NCBI GenBank assembly: GCA_039621445.1
Contig: CP154954.1
Location: forward strand, 36,875,703-36,939,702
Reading direction: 5' to 3'
Origin: Euglena gracilis
Taxonomy: Eukaryota
Length of the DNA stretch: 64,000 nucleotides
Below are positions 53,201-64,000 of this stretch, piece by piece. Positions within the stretch are counted from its first letter, which is position 1. Each line of letters opens with the position of its first letter. Position numbers and translations under genes: made by a program. The notes under the pieces are model-generated. The model did no database searches. It saw nothing but the letters and a program-made list of their open reading frames with translations, and was not told the DNA's origin.

Positions 53201-54898
53201 GGGTGTCCCCCCCCCCCCCCCCACCGGAGGGGGGGCTGGACCCCCCCACCTGTCAAGGGGGTGTGGACCGACCCCCGGGGAGACCCCCTCCAAAGAGGTC
53301 AAATTTTTCCTTTCGACGCAAAGCACCGGATTTTTTTTGCATTTTTGACTTTTTTTTTGCCTGAAAAGTGCCCAAATGGCACTTTTGGCTGTTTTTTGGG
53401 AAAAAGTTTCCGCCCGGTGCTTTGCGCTGGGCTGAAAATCAGTCACCCAGACCGCGCCACTGTTTAGGTGGGGGGCGTTCCCCCCCGGACTGGAGGAGGG
53501 TCCTGGGGCCCAACCTACCCACCCACTCTCGAAAACCCACCCGCCCACCCCCTGGGGGGTCACACAGGTGTTGTTAAGTGACTCAATTTATACCCAGGAC
53601 GCGGGGATGAAAGCAGGGAGATAGGGCAGGTTTCAAACTAAGGGCAGGTTGGGGTGGGTCGGATTGCAACATGGATCCAGTTTTTGCCCGGCCAAAGGCC
53701 GGGCCGGGAAAATTTTTCCAGCGTTTTTGGCTGGATTTTGGGTGGGTGGGTGGGTGGGTGATTGACTCCCGGGGGGGGGGGGGTTCAAAAAAAAGTGGGT
53801 GGGTGGGTTTGGGCCTGTGAAAATGTGCCTCCCCCCCATGGTCACTAAGTAAATCCATGGTCCCAGGGCACCACATCGCATCCTGATTGTGCAATTGGGT
53901 TTTTTGGGAGCCAAGCGTTGTCATTTTTAAAATATGTCAATTTGCGCAAATGCGAACATCGACAAATAATAATTCCTTAATTGCGAGATACACTTAAGGT
54001 CCAATTGCCTACCATTGAAGATAATTCTGCCAAAAAACGCCCAGGCAAAGTTGAGAATTGTTGGGCTGCACGTTTTTGGTTGTAATTTTTCTGCTTGGTC
54101 AAAACAACCAGGTCGAAACAGCGGGGCTGAAGAGGAGCATTCTGTTGTACCTCAGTTATCTGGTGCTGACAGACTGCTTAACTCTGGAACTGGATTTTTA
54201 ATTTTAATTAGATTTAATTGGAATGCGAGCTGATTTAAGGGGGGTGACGGTAAAGAGTTGATGAGCAGAACGATTGATATAATTTATCTGCCTACCCCCC
54301 CCCCCCCAAATGACATCCCCGGGGGGTTTGCCTTTGGTGCATTTTGGAATATTGGTATATTTTGGGTACATTTTTTCAACCTCAAAAATGAACATTTTTT
54401 GCATCATTTTTACACTTTATTCCACGTTGATATTGCCTCAAGTTTGGTGTAACAGTCATTTTTGCCAAAATATGCTGCTCGTGGAGGATATTTTTTTTTC
54501 AACTTTCTTCTTTGCTTTCTTTGGGGTGATGCAGGGGGGCGTATTGTTTTGAGCAGCTGAAGTCCTGGGCCAGGGGGGAGGGCATATTTTTGGGGTATAT
54601 AACTTGGGGGGTTTACATGTAAACTCCCCATTTGGGCGGTCTTGTACACTCGCCTAGAAGTTTGCTGGAGGTTAGCATAGTGCAAGGCTGAGTCAGGATT
54701 GTTTGTTTGTTGCTGATGATGAGGACGAAAGTGACGTTGAACAAGGAATCACAAAATGTGTGTCGAACACCTGAATAAATTTCTGGCCTCAGTTTCCCTC
54801 CACGCCATGTGCATGGCAGAAATCTATGTTGTGGAAATTGTCCACAATCTTGTTAATCAAACACATCTCTGCTTTGTATTGGTCTGTTTCCCCCAAAG

Positions 54899-55025
54899 TC
54901 AAATGCACATTCTGCAACCACTCCAAGTGTTTTGAACCGATTGCACCAGGACCTGCGAAGGTTCACATCATCCAGATTTGGCACAAATAAGGATGCTTTC
55001 TTGGCCCTGAACACTTCTCGTTCTG
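54899..55025 (+). CDS. EF-hand protein exon 13 (SNAHSATTPSVLNRLHQDLRRFTSSRFGTNKDAFLALNTSRS)
   Basis: ccccaaag| and G|gtgtgc boundaries. First half of the loop NTSRSG|AITKSE. Confidence 0.8.
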
Positions 55026-58000
55026 GTGTGCCTCTCGGCCCAACCAAAATGCATGGAAAGGTGTTGGAAGACCTCTTCCCCTCCTGGTGGGGATGTATCC
55101 AGCCTTCCGCCAGCCACCAGCCACTGGCCTCTGATAATGCAAACCCTTAGTCATTGCCCCCCCTGCTGGGGGTGGGGGTGAATGAGTGTGTTTATATATA
55201 TATGTATATATGCATATATATATGTATATATAGTGATTGACTGGATTTTGGCCCAAACTCCCACCTTCCCTGAGGTTCGGCAAGAAAGGCACCAAAGTGA
55301 CCAGGCGCCTAAGGCACGCTAAATAATTTTTGGTCCATTTTCTCCACATTTGTGGTCAATTCCTTTGGATTCCAGAGTGGAGACCCCCCCCCTCCCCCGG
55401 GGCCGGGGTGACTGACTGGTTTTCTGGAAAAAAGTGGCTGACTGGTTTAGGAAGAATGGAATCCAGGCTCAGCAAAAAAGATGCATGCCTCTGATCCAGT
55501 GGTGCAATACTTTTCCAGCTCAACTTGCTGGTTTTTTTAAAAAAAATAACTGAAACCTTCGGAAGATAAAAGGCAACAATAAGGCAGAAAGAAGACAAGC
55601 AAATCAGATTTTTTTTTGGCAAAGCTGACTCCCCAGATTCTTCTGAATCTTAAAATGTCAACGTTTTCCAACATCATTTTGGAGAATTGAGAGTGATGCT
55701 CACCGATCTACGTCCCATAATTTACAGCAAAATTGTTGACAAGTTTTGGCAAACAGGTCTGGCAGCTCCTCGGGGGATCTGCAGTGGCCATTCGCTTGTT
55801 CTATCTCATCCCCGCTCGTTCTAGCAAGTCTGGTTTTCAGAACAACTTGGGCTCATCATCATCAGCATCATCATCCTGGCACAGTTGTCTGAAAAATGAT
55901 TTAAACCTCCCAAATATTAACAACAGCTTGTTAAGTGTTGCTCACTTACGAGGCATAGTTTTAAAGCAGAATATTGTAGATTTGTCAGGCATTTTCAGGC
56001 ATTTTCTAACTTTTCAAAGGCATTTAAGGTATTTTTTTTTGCATTTTTTAAGGCATTTTCTGGGGATCGAATCGATGCCAATCAAAGTTAAAAAGTTGAA
56101 AATTTTATTTAGGTGGATTGATGATCCTGAGGTGGATAGACCAGCGATGCCAGAAATAATTTTTCCCCCTGAAGTTTGCCTGCTTTTGCCGAGATTTTGT
56201 GATTTCATCTTTCCTCTGCATCATGATGAATTTCTCAAGGCATTTAAATGCATTTTTGGCCAAAAAATGTAGGGCATATTTCAAGGCATTTTATTTAGAA
56301 TGCCAGAGTGACACTTAGGATTTTGGCCGGTTTGGGTGCATGTGCGAGTGAACTTACGACGTGCCCAAATGCTTCAATTTCCCATGTTCGAAACACTGTG
56401 CCGGACACCACCCTCGGACGTGTTACCCATGGCTACAGTGTCTCGGGGTTTGAACCTCGAGAAGTGCATCCAATGACACGGTTTTGTCACGTTACAGGGG
56501 TTGTCATGGCTCGTGTTTGAAACCTCGGCTGGCAAAAATGAAATCAGGAAATCACCCATCTCTCTCTTGGGGTTGAAGCGAATTTCTGCTGGTCGATATC
56601 GACCCCAGTGGTCGGCCCGACCAAGTGACGCCGACCTTGTCAGGGACCCCAGGATTGTCACCCCCAGGAACCTGCTCGGAGCCCTAGTTGCGAGCGAATA
56701 TCGTCTGCAACCACAAAAAAATCCATGGCTGATTTCCCGCAATGAGCCGATCGACACTAACAGTTGCAACATGGGAGGCTTGCTTTGGCGGCTGAGGGCC
56801 ATGCGTCCAACGCAGAAGAGGAGCTTTCAGTGGCCGGGCAAGACAAGTGCAAGACATGGGGTGTGCTGTGCAAGGTGCCGAGGTGACAGGTGTGGGAGGT
56901 TTCACTGCCGCAGGAGAATGGCTGGGGAGGGCCATTTCGGACATGGACATGGCAGTGGGGTCAGTGGTGTGCGACAGCGCTGGATGACGCCAGTCACCCT
57001 TTACGGCCCCAATTTTGGAACCCCTGGCAAAAAGCACAAAGCAAAGAGGCAGACACTGTCCCCAGTCACAGCACTGGGCAGCTGAGTCAAAATGAAAATA
57101 GCCTCGTTACACTGCTTTTATGCTGGGATGTCTGACTAATTTCAAGCACACATTCCTGAAATGTCGTCTCTCAATCAATCACTGCACAATACCATTTCAG
57201 GGCGAAGGGCAACCCACACCCAAACCCTTTGGCGTCAGTCGGCGTGTGTACCTGTTTGCGCGAGAAGATACGCGATCCCTGCCATATTACAGATCCTGGC
57301 ATGCACTGATGGACGCATCTGCGCGCGTTTGGGAAAACAGATGAAGACACCCCCAGCCGCAGCAGGATAAGCCGAGTGTGGGAAGCAGGGTAAGCCAAGG
57401 GAACCAAGAGTGTGGGACGTTTTCAGTGTGCAGCTCAATCAGGTTTAACACTCCTGTGTAACACGTTTTCAGAAATGCGAGCTTTCCCAGAGACCCCCCA
57501 ATCGTGTGCACATGTGCACGACCCCGGCCACCAAAGACCTCTCTTCGTGGCCAACGCCAATTTTTCAATGACGGCTTTGTCTGTTTGAAAGCACCTCAGC
57601 ACCATTTCAGTCATTAACCCCTCTGACAAATTTCAGTCATTAACCAATGTGTACATGAGTCCATGTGTCCTCCCCAACTGCCCTGTGGCACCTGATGGAT
57701 GCTCGCAGTTGCCGTAACCAGAAAAATACTCCTTTCTGCCGCGACCACCAAGGATTTTTTTTGCGACTGGCTGCATCCCGGCCGCATCCCATTGTTTGTT
57801 GTGCGCCACATATGCACCATGGCACGAGCGCTGTGTGTCGATGCACCAGCACACTGCAGTGATGCAAGGCCCCACAATGTCATCCGGGTTTTTTGAGGTT
57901 GGACCTGGAGGGGGGGCTGTTGTTAAACCACCAATTTGGTTGTTTCTCCAACCCAAAATTGATTCTAGGGAGCTTTTTTCAAATAATATTGATTCTCTCA

Positions 58001-58688
58001 GCGGGGAGAAAGGCTTCAGCATAAATTTTCATTTAAGTAACAGATATAAAAAAAATTTAAAATTTTCAATGATAGTTTCTCTTGCCGTCACAGTGTTTCT
58101 CTTTAAATTATTTCAGAAGGTTTTTTTTGAAAGTTTGTGTTATTTGTGTTTGGCAAAAGTGAAAAGTGAGAATAAACAGTTGCAAATATAATTTGCTTTT
58201 TCGAAAAAAATTGAATGCAAAAGTTAACTTCTCGAAGAATCAGTTCCCTCAATAACAATTTACCGAAATTTTTCTGCAATTTTGTCAATCTGTCAAAAGC
58301 ATGAATAATCATCCATGATTAAATACATTCATATTTTTCAGGTACCTGTTCCATCACCATTTCTTTCAACAGCGAAACAGAGAAGCAGGAATTGAAAATA
58401 ATTTTTGAGTTCATTTTTTTGAAAAAATGTCGATCATTTTGACGTTTTCGGCCATTTTGACGTTTTCATGACGTCCATCGTGACGGTTTCGGCCATTTTC
58501 GGCCGAAATCGGCTGCGCCGGCGCTCCCAAAACGAGCGCTCTGCCCCGGCTAGAGGTCGGCGATCCTTTACCTAACTGTTGCGAAGGGCGGCGGGCGGAT
58601 AGCCGCAATTTTGCCCGCGGTGGGCGTGCGTAAAACGCAGCCGTTATCGCCCGGGAAGTTTTGACGATGATTTCAAGGGTGTCCCATA

Positions 58689-58947
58689 CAGGGGTTTTTT
58701 TAGTCGTGGACCCCCGAGGGGGGGGGTAGGGTGGGTGGGTCCGGCCGAGCCCCCCCCCTTCGGGGGGACCCCCCGGAGGGGGGTGGGATATACTTTTCGG
58801 CGCCGCAGGCGCCGAAAAATGCTATTTTTAGCACTTTTCGCGATTTTTCGGCCATTTTTTGTGGGTCCCCCGCCCCCCCCCCCCCCCCCCCCCGGGGGGG
58901 GGTGGGGGGGTGGGGGGTCCCCCCCCCCGGTCTTAAAAAAACCCCTG
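58689..58947. mobile_element. hAT-like MITE family A
   Basis: Same TIR, perfect 8-bp TSD gtcccata. Confidence 0.9.
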
Positions 58948-59781
58948 GTCCCATAACAACCCAACAGGGCGTCGCTTAAGGACCCTCCCAGAGAGGAGTC
59001 CTCCAGGTCCTTCAGACCTGGAAATTTGGACTGGCTGAAAAAAAGCTGTTGGGTGCCCCCCCCCCCATGCAGACCCTCTGCCCATGTTGGAGGCCGTCGC
59101 TGAAACTTTGTCCAGGCGATGTCCACATGTGCGCAACCATTTTAGGCTATTTTCTATTTGCTTTTGTTTTGGGGGCTATTTTTGGCCATTTTTTGATTTT
59201 TTTTGGCAAATTTGGCTCACGTTGGGTTATTCTGAGCCACAGTCATTTTGGATCAATGTTGGCCTTTTTGGTAATTTTTGGTCACTGTTGGCCAAAAATT
59301 TTGGGGGGGCAATCAGCTGTCATTTTGGTCATTTAGGCCATTTTCCATCGCAGTGTCCTCCAGGTTTGCGGAAAATGACCGAAAATGGCCAGTCAAAACT
59401 GTCCTAAAAAGTTCTCAAAACTGGTCTATAATGGCACCAAAATGGGCAGAAATGGTCCCAAAATGACCCAAAATGGGTTGAAATGATTTGAACATTTCCA
59501 AATATGGTCCAATTTTTTTTGGAAAAGTCGCATATTTCCGCTTATTTTTCCGCATATTTAGCCCATATTCCAGCGTATTTTAGCGCATATTTGGGGGCCG
59601 TTTGCCGTTTTGTGCTTATCCCCCCCGGTTAAACCTGGTTGAATTTCTTTGGATGAAGGGGAAATTTGGGCGTTTTTTGAAAAATGTCAATCAGCGTCAT
59701 CTGATGGTTTTTGGATTTCATTTTTTTGTTGATCTTTGTTGATGGGTGTGGCTGGCTTTGCCAAATGCGCATGCCTATCAG

Positions 59782-59948
59782 GAGCGATAACAAAGAGCGA
59801 GTTTGGATTAGCATTAGCTAAAGCATCAGATGTGAAGCTCACTGAGGACAAAGTCAATCAGCTGTTTGAGGTCTATGACAGCAACAACGATGGGCTGGTG
59901 CAGTTCACTGAATTCGTCAAAGCCATGAACAAGGTGCAAGTACAGTAA
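59782..59948 (+). CDS. EF-hand protein last exon (GAITKSEFG...LFEVYDSNNDGLVQFTEFVKAMNKVQVQ*)
   Basis: atcag acceptor in phase 1, canonical loop DSNNDGLVQFTE, TAA stop. Confidence 0.9.
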
Positions 59949-62900
59949 TTGGTGCGACATTGTCAAGCAGCACCCAGTGTGCATGTTCATTGTATGGCAA
60001 TCATTTTGTTCGAAATATGCCGTTTCAAGGGATTTGACAATTTCCCGCCTTGTTTGATTTCCTTCACAGGTGGCAAGGGGTGGTCAAAGTTCCAGGCCAG
60101 GGGTTATTCATTTGAAAGGTTTTGTATTTGTTGTTTGTAAGGGATGTTAGTTCTTTTTATTTATTTATTTATTTTTTCTCCCTTGCCCTCCACTTCCATT
60201 CAATATTAAAGTTCATGATGTATTCCAAACCTCAGTATGGATTTCATGATGATGCTTCCAATAAATGAATGATGAGGTGTTCATGCAACCAGTGACACAA
60301 AGAACCTGCAGCCATCAAAAGAACACAGAACAGGAATTACAAAAGGAGGAGGATAAAAAGGTCGTGATAAAAAAAGCTGCTTTGATGCAAGAAAAAAATC
60401 GAAAGCGACAAAGTGCATATTGGTCCAGGCAAATATTTGGTCAAACAAGCCCAATACCCATTTCACATCAGAAATTGAATTTGGGTGGAAAGAATACAAA
60501 AAAAATTTAAAATAAAATATTTTCCGCGAGTGGGGTTTTTCTGGGGTTAATGTTGAAGAATAGGGTTAGGGTTAAATTTAGTGTCAGGGTTAGGGTTCGG
60601 AAATCGGGTTAGGGTTCAAGGAGAATGATGCAGTTTGGCCCAATTTTGGCCCAGTTTAGACCTTGATGTCGGCCTTTATCGAGACCCAAATTTCTGCCTG
60701 ATTTCGCCCGAACCTTTTCCCCAAACCCTAACCCTAACCCTAATCCAAATCCTCACTCTTGCCCAAATCCGAAATTCAACGGAAAGGTGCGCATTGGGGC
60801 GCAAAAATGCAAAAATGGAGTTGGTAACAAAGTTGGACCCCCACCCACCGGTTAAACTACTGCGTATCCTCTTTCCTAGCGCCACGTCAAGTTTTCTGAA
60901 ATTGTTTTTTTTAAAGAAACTCCCCCACCAATGACGAATATATGGTTCTATATTTGGCCAAATAAAGAGAAACCAATCGTCAGAAATTTCTTCCACCCCA
61001 AAGTCACTGTACAGCCATAAACCCGCCCGTCCCACCATAACCCCGCCCATCCGGCTATAACCAGGTTTTGCGTAGTGCTGAGCTCTGAACGTGTGCGATG
61101 GTGCCATGCTGCACTTGTTTGGGGCATGTGGTGGCCAGGGCGGCCCAACCCGGCAGCCCGTCGGCCTGGCCCGGCCCCGGACTTTTTTGACGTGAAAATG
61201 ACCCAGAACGCATGGGTTTTGGGTCGAAAATGGGGCCCCGGGGGGGTCGAAAAAAACTCATTTTTGCTTGAAAACAGTCTTTCCGGGTCTGGGAGGCCAA
61301 AAAAACATTGTTTTGGGTTTTTTTTCCCTGACTTTTTTGACCTAAAAATGGCCAAAAATGGCTGAAGTCAAAATAGGCCAAAATTGTACAAAATGGCCAA
61401 AATTGGCCAAAAAAATGGGCCGAAACTTGGGCTGGGCGAGAAGTTACGGGGAAATCAAAATACTGTTAGACAGGGCATTTTTAGGGCTCCAATTGGGTCT
61501 CCGGTCATTTCCTTTGATTCCACACCATTTTTTAAAAAAATCAGCAAAATCGATATTTTTTTTTGGCCCAGAAATCGGCCAGAAAGGGATGAGTTGGAAG
61601 CCTGCCGCGCTGTTCTGGTTGTCGATCAGCAAATGTTTCCCTGGAGGCCCTCTATCCCCCCCCCTGAACGCCGTTTTTTTTTTTGGCTGCCAACACGCCC
61701 GGCCTGCAGGGATGGAAGGGAAGCCCTTCGGTATTGAGGTAGTTGGTAGGGGGGTCCCGACCCCCCCCCCCCTCCTAGATGTTGGGAGGGGGGTCCGGAC
61801 CCCCTCCACCCTCCTTGATGGGTGCCAAAAATAGCAGAAAATTTTCTTCCGGCGCGCAGAATGAGCAAAAACGCCCCTTTTGCTGACTTTTGGACATATT
61901 GTCCATTTTTGGATGTGTTGGTGTTTTCCCCCCCAAAAAATGTTCAGAAATTTCAAAAAATGACATTTTTTGGATCAATTTTCAAAGAAAAATCAGGGAT
62001 TTTTTTGACCGATTTGGACCCCATTTCCGGCCCTTTGCCTGTCCATCATGAAATCGAAAAATTTTCGGCCTCCCCTCAGTTTCAAGGTAGGAGGGGGGGT
62101 CGGGTCTGCCCCCCCCCTCCGTGTTGAGAGGGCAGGTCCGACCACCCCCTGTGTTCTGGGTCATTTTCGGGTCAACAAATTCAAAAAAAGCAAAGAAAAA
62201 TTCGGGTCAAAAAAATTCTGGGCTGGGCGATCGGGCTGCAGGCTGGGCCGTGCCGGGCCGGGCCGGGCCGCCGGTACGCCAAGTTGCCAACTTCCAGAAA
62301 TAATGTACGTTTTCTCGAGATATGTTTTTTTTAAAAAAAAATCGATTTTTTTACCAATTTCTGAACCCCGGCGAAATGGCAGAGCCAAAAGAGGGGGGGC
62401 GCGGGCCAATCCTACCCAGTTTGGACCGCTTCGTGGGTGAGTAACTCGGGCCTGGCGGGGAGTTGTGGGTCAAATGGAGGTGATTCGGAAACTCGATATC
62501 CAGTGTCCTGCGACTGAAAAGAAAAAAACGGTTGTAAGCTTCGCTCTAACTCAAAAGAGACAAGAACTCAACGACCCCCACTATAACCAGGTTTTGTGTA
62601 GTGCTGAGCTCTTCACGTGTGCGATGGTTCCATGCTGCAGCAGGTGTTTGGGGCGTTTGGCAGTCGGGGCAGCCTGGCCCAGCCCGGCCCGGCCCGGCGA
62701 CCCAGCCTGGCAGCCCGGGGCTCGGCAGGACCGCCTGACTGGAGGTCGAAAACATTTATTTTCAGCGCCAAAACAGTTTTTCCTGGTCCAGGAGGCCATA
62801 ACACATGGTTTGGGGCATTTTTTTTTCAATGTTTCGAGGAACAATATGACCCCCTGGGGGCCACCTCGGGAAGCGGTGGATTATCACCATGACCCCGGCT

Positions 62901-64000
62901 CTGTTCCCAAAATCTTATTCTTCAGTCGCAAGAGACTGGATCCCGAGTTTCCAAATCACCTCTGTTTGATCCCCAACTCCTCACCAGGCCCGAGTTATTC
63001 ACCCGCGAATAAGTCCAAACTGGGTCCTCTTCCGACTATCCCATTTAGTTGAGGTCCAAAAATCGGTCAAAAATATCTCGAGAAAACGTACATTAATTCC
63101 GAAAGTGTCGGTCAGCAAATGTACCTCTGGAAGCCCTCTATCACCCCCCCCACCCCCGAACTCCGTTTTTTTTTTGGCTGCCAACACGCCTCCCAAAGGC
63201 GCAAAGCTGAATTTGAGTTTTCTGTGTGTGTTTTTGTGTGTGTTCAGGGTTCTGATAGAAGGAGGGAGGGTGTGTGGGGTTTAGGTTGAGGAATTTTGGA
63301 TTTTTTGGGGGGGAAGATTTTTCGGCCCGGCGCTTTGAGCCGGGCCAAAAATTGGCCACCCAGGCCACCACTGTTTAGGTGAGGGTGTATATGTTCTTTA
63401 TATCGAAACCTGCTGTGGTTTTGCATCACATTTTCGGGGGGTCCTATTGCCAAAAAGTTTGTAATGCAGGCCAGTGATGTTAGAGTGCAGCACATAAATG
63501 GTTTTCTTTTGCCTTGTTCAAACCATTGCTTGAAAACAGTTTTTTCGGATCTGGGAGGCCAAAAAAAAAACAACATTGCTTTGGGGATTTTTTCCCGACC
63601 TTTTTGACCTAAAAATGGCCAAAAAACGGCTGAAGTCAAAATAGGCCAAAATTTTTGCATGAGGAGGACATTTAGAATGCTCCTATGCAGCATACCATCC
63701 ATTATTCTCTCAAATGTAATCTTGCTAATCCGAGCTGTCACATTTGAAACAAAATATCCCCACCTGCATTGCTGAACATCGATAACCCCCCCCAAATTAC
63801 ACACCCCCAAATAACTCCCCCCCCCAAATTACACCCCCCCCCTCGGGGGCCGATTTCGGGCGCCCAAATAACACCCCCCCCTGTTTTCCTTTGGTTTTCC
63901 ATGTAAAAATAACACATCCCCCCAAATAACACCCCCCCCCCTAGTGCCCAAATAACACACCGGGGGGGGGGGTGTCTTATTTGGGGGGTTACATTCAATG

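Noticed and set aside
60265-60510. Lys/Glu-rich 81-aa ORF after the EF-hand gene stop
   Set aside because: A-rich low complexity with no motif or convincing splice sites.
60545-60745. Telomere
   Set aside because: Short, degenerate, internal and present on both strands.
1-64000. tRNA, rRNA, intact transposase, reverse transcriptase or Fanzor/TnpB genes
   Set aside because: No diagnostic motifs recognised by eye; profile searches would be needed to exclude them fully.

Overview
This is a eukaryotic, transposon-saturated window with very frequent G/C homopolymer runs and no prokaryote-style operons; most ORFs in the six-frame track are noise. By hand I could assemble one long + strand gene of 14 exons, about 438 aa, from ATG 16225 to TAA 59948. 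It encodes four repeats of a helix plus EF-hand pair, eight EF-hands in total. Ten of its introns are GT-AG. Three junctions (about 35658-37028, 43166-46200, 48156-49255) keep the reading frame and repeat homology best if spliced at non-GT-AG ends that can base-pair, as in euglenid nonconventional introns. A divergent minus-strand RRM exon (9969 to about 9824) also stops at such a signature. The euglenid assignment is an inference. Intergenic and intronic DNA holds hAT-like MITEs (CAG/CAA...CTG/TTG ends, 8-bp TSDs), TA-flanked MITEs, foldbacks, minisatellites, stacked 3' ends of CRE-like RLE non-LTR retroelements, and a TIR element carrying an orphan ORF. All alignments were done by eye; no searches or folding programs were run.
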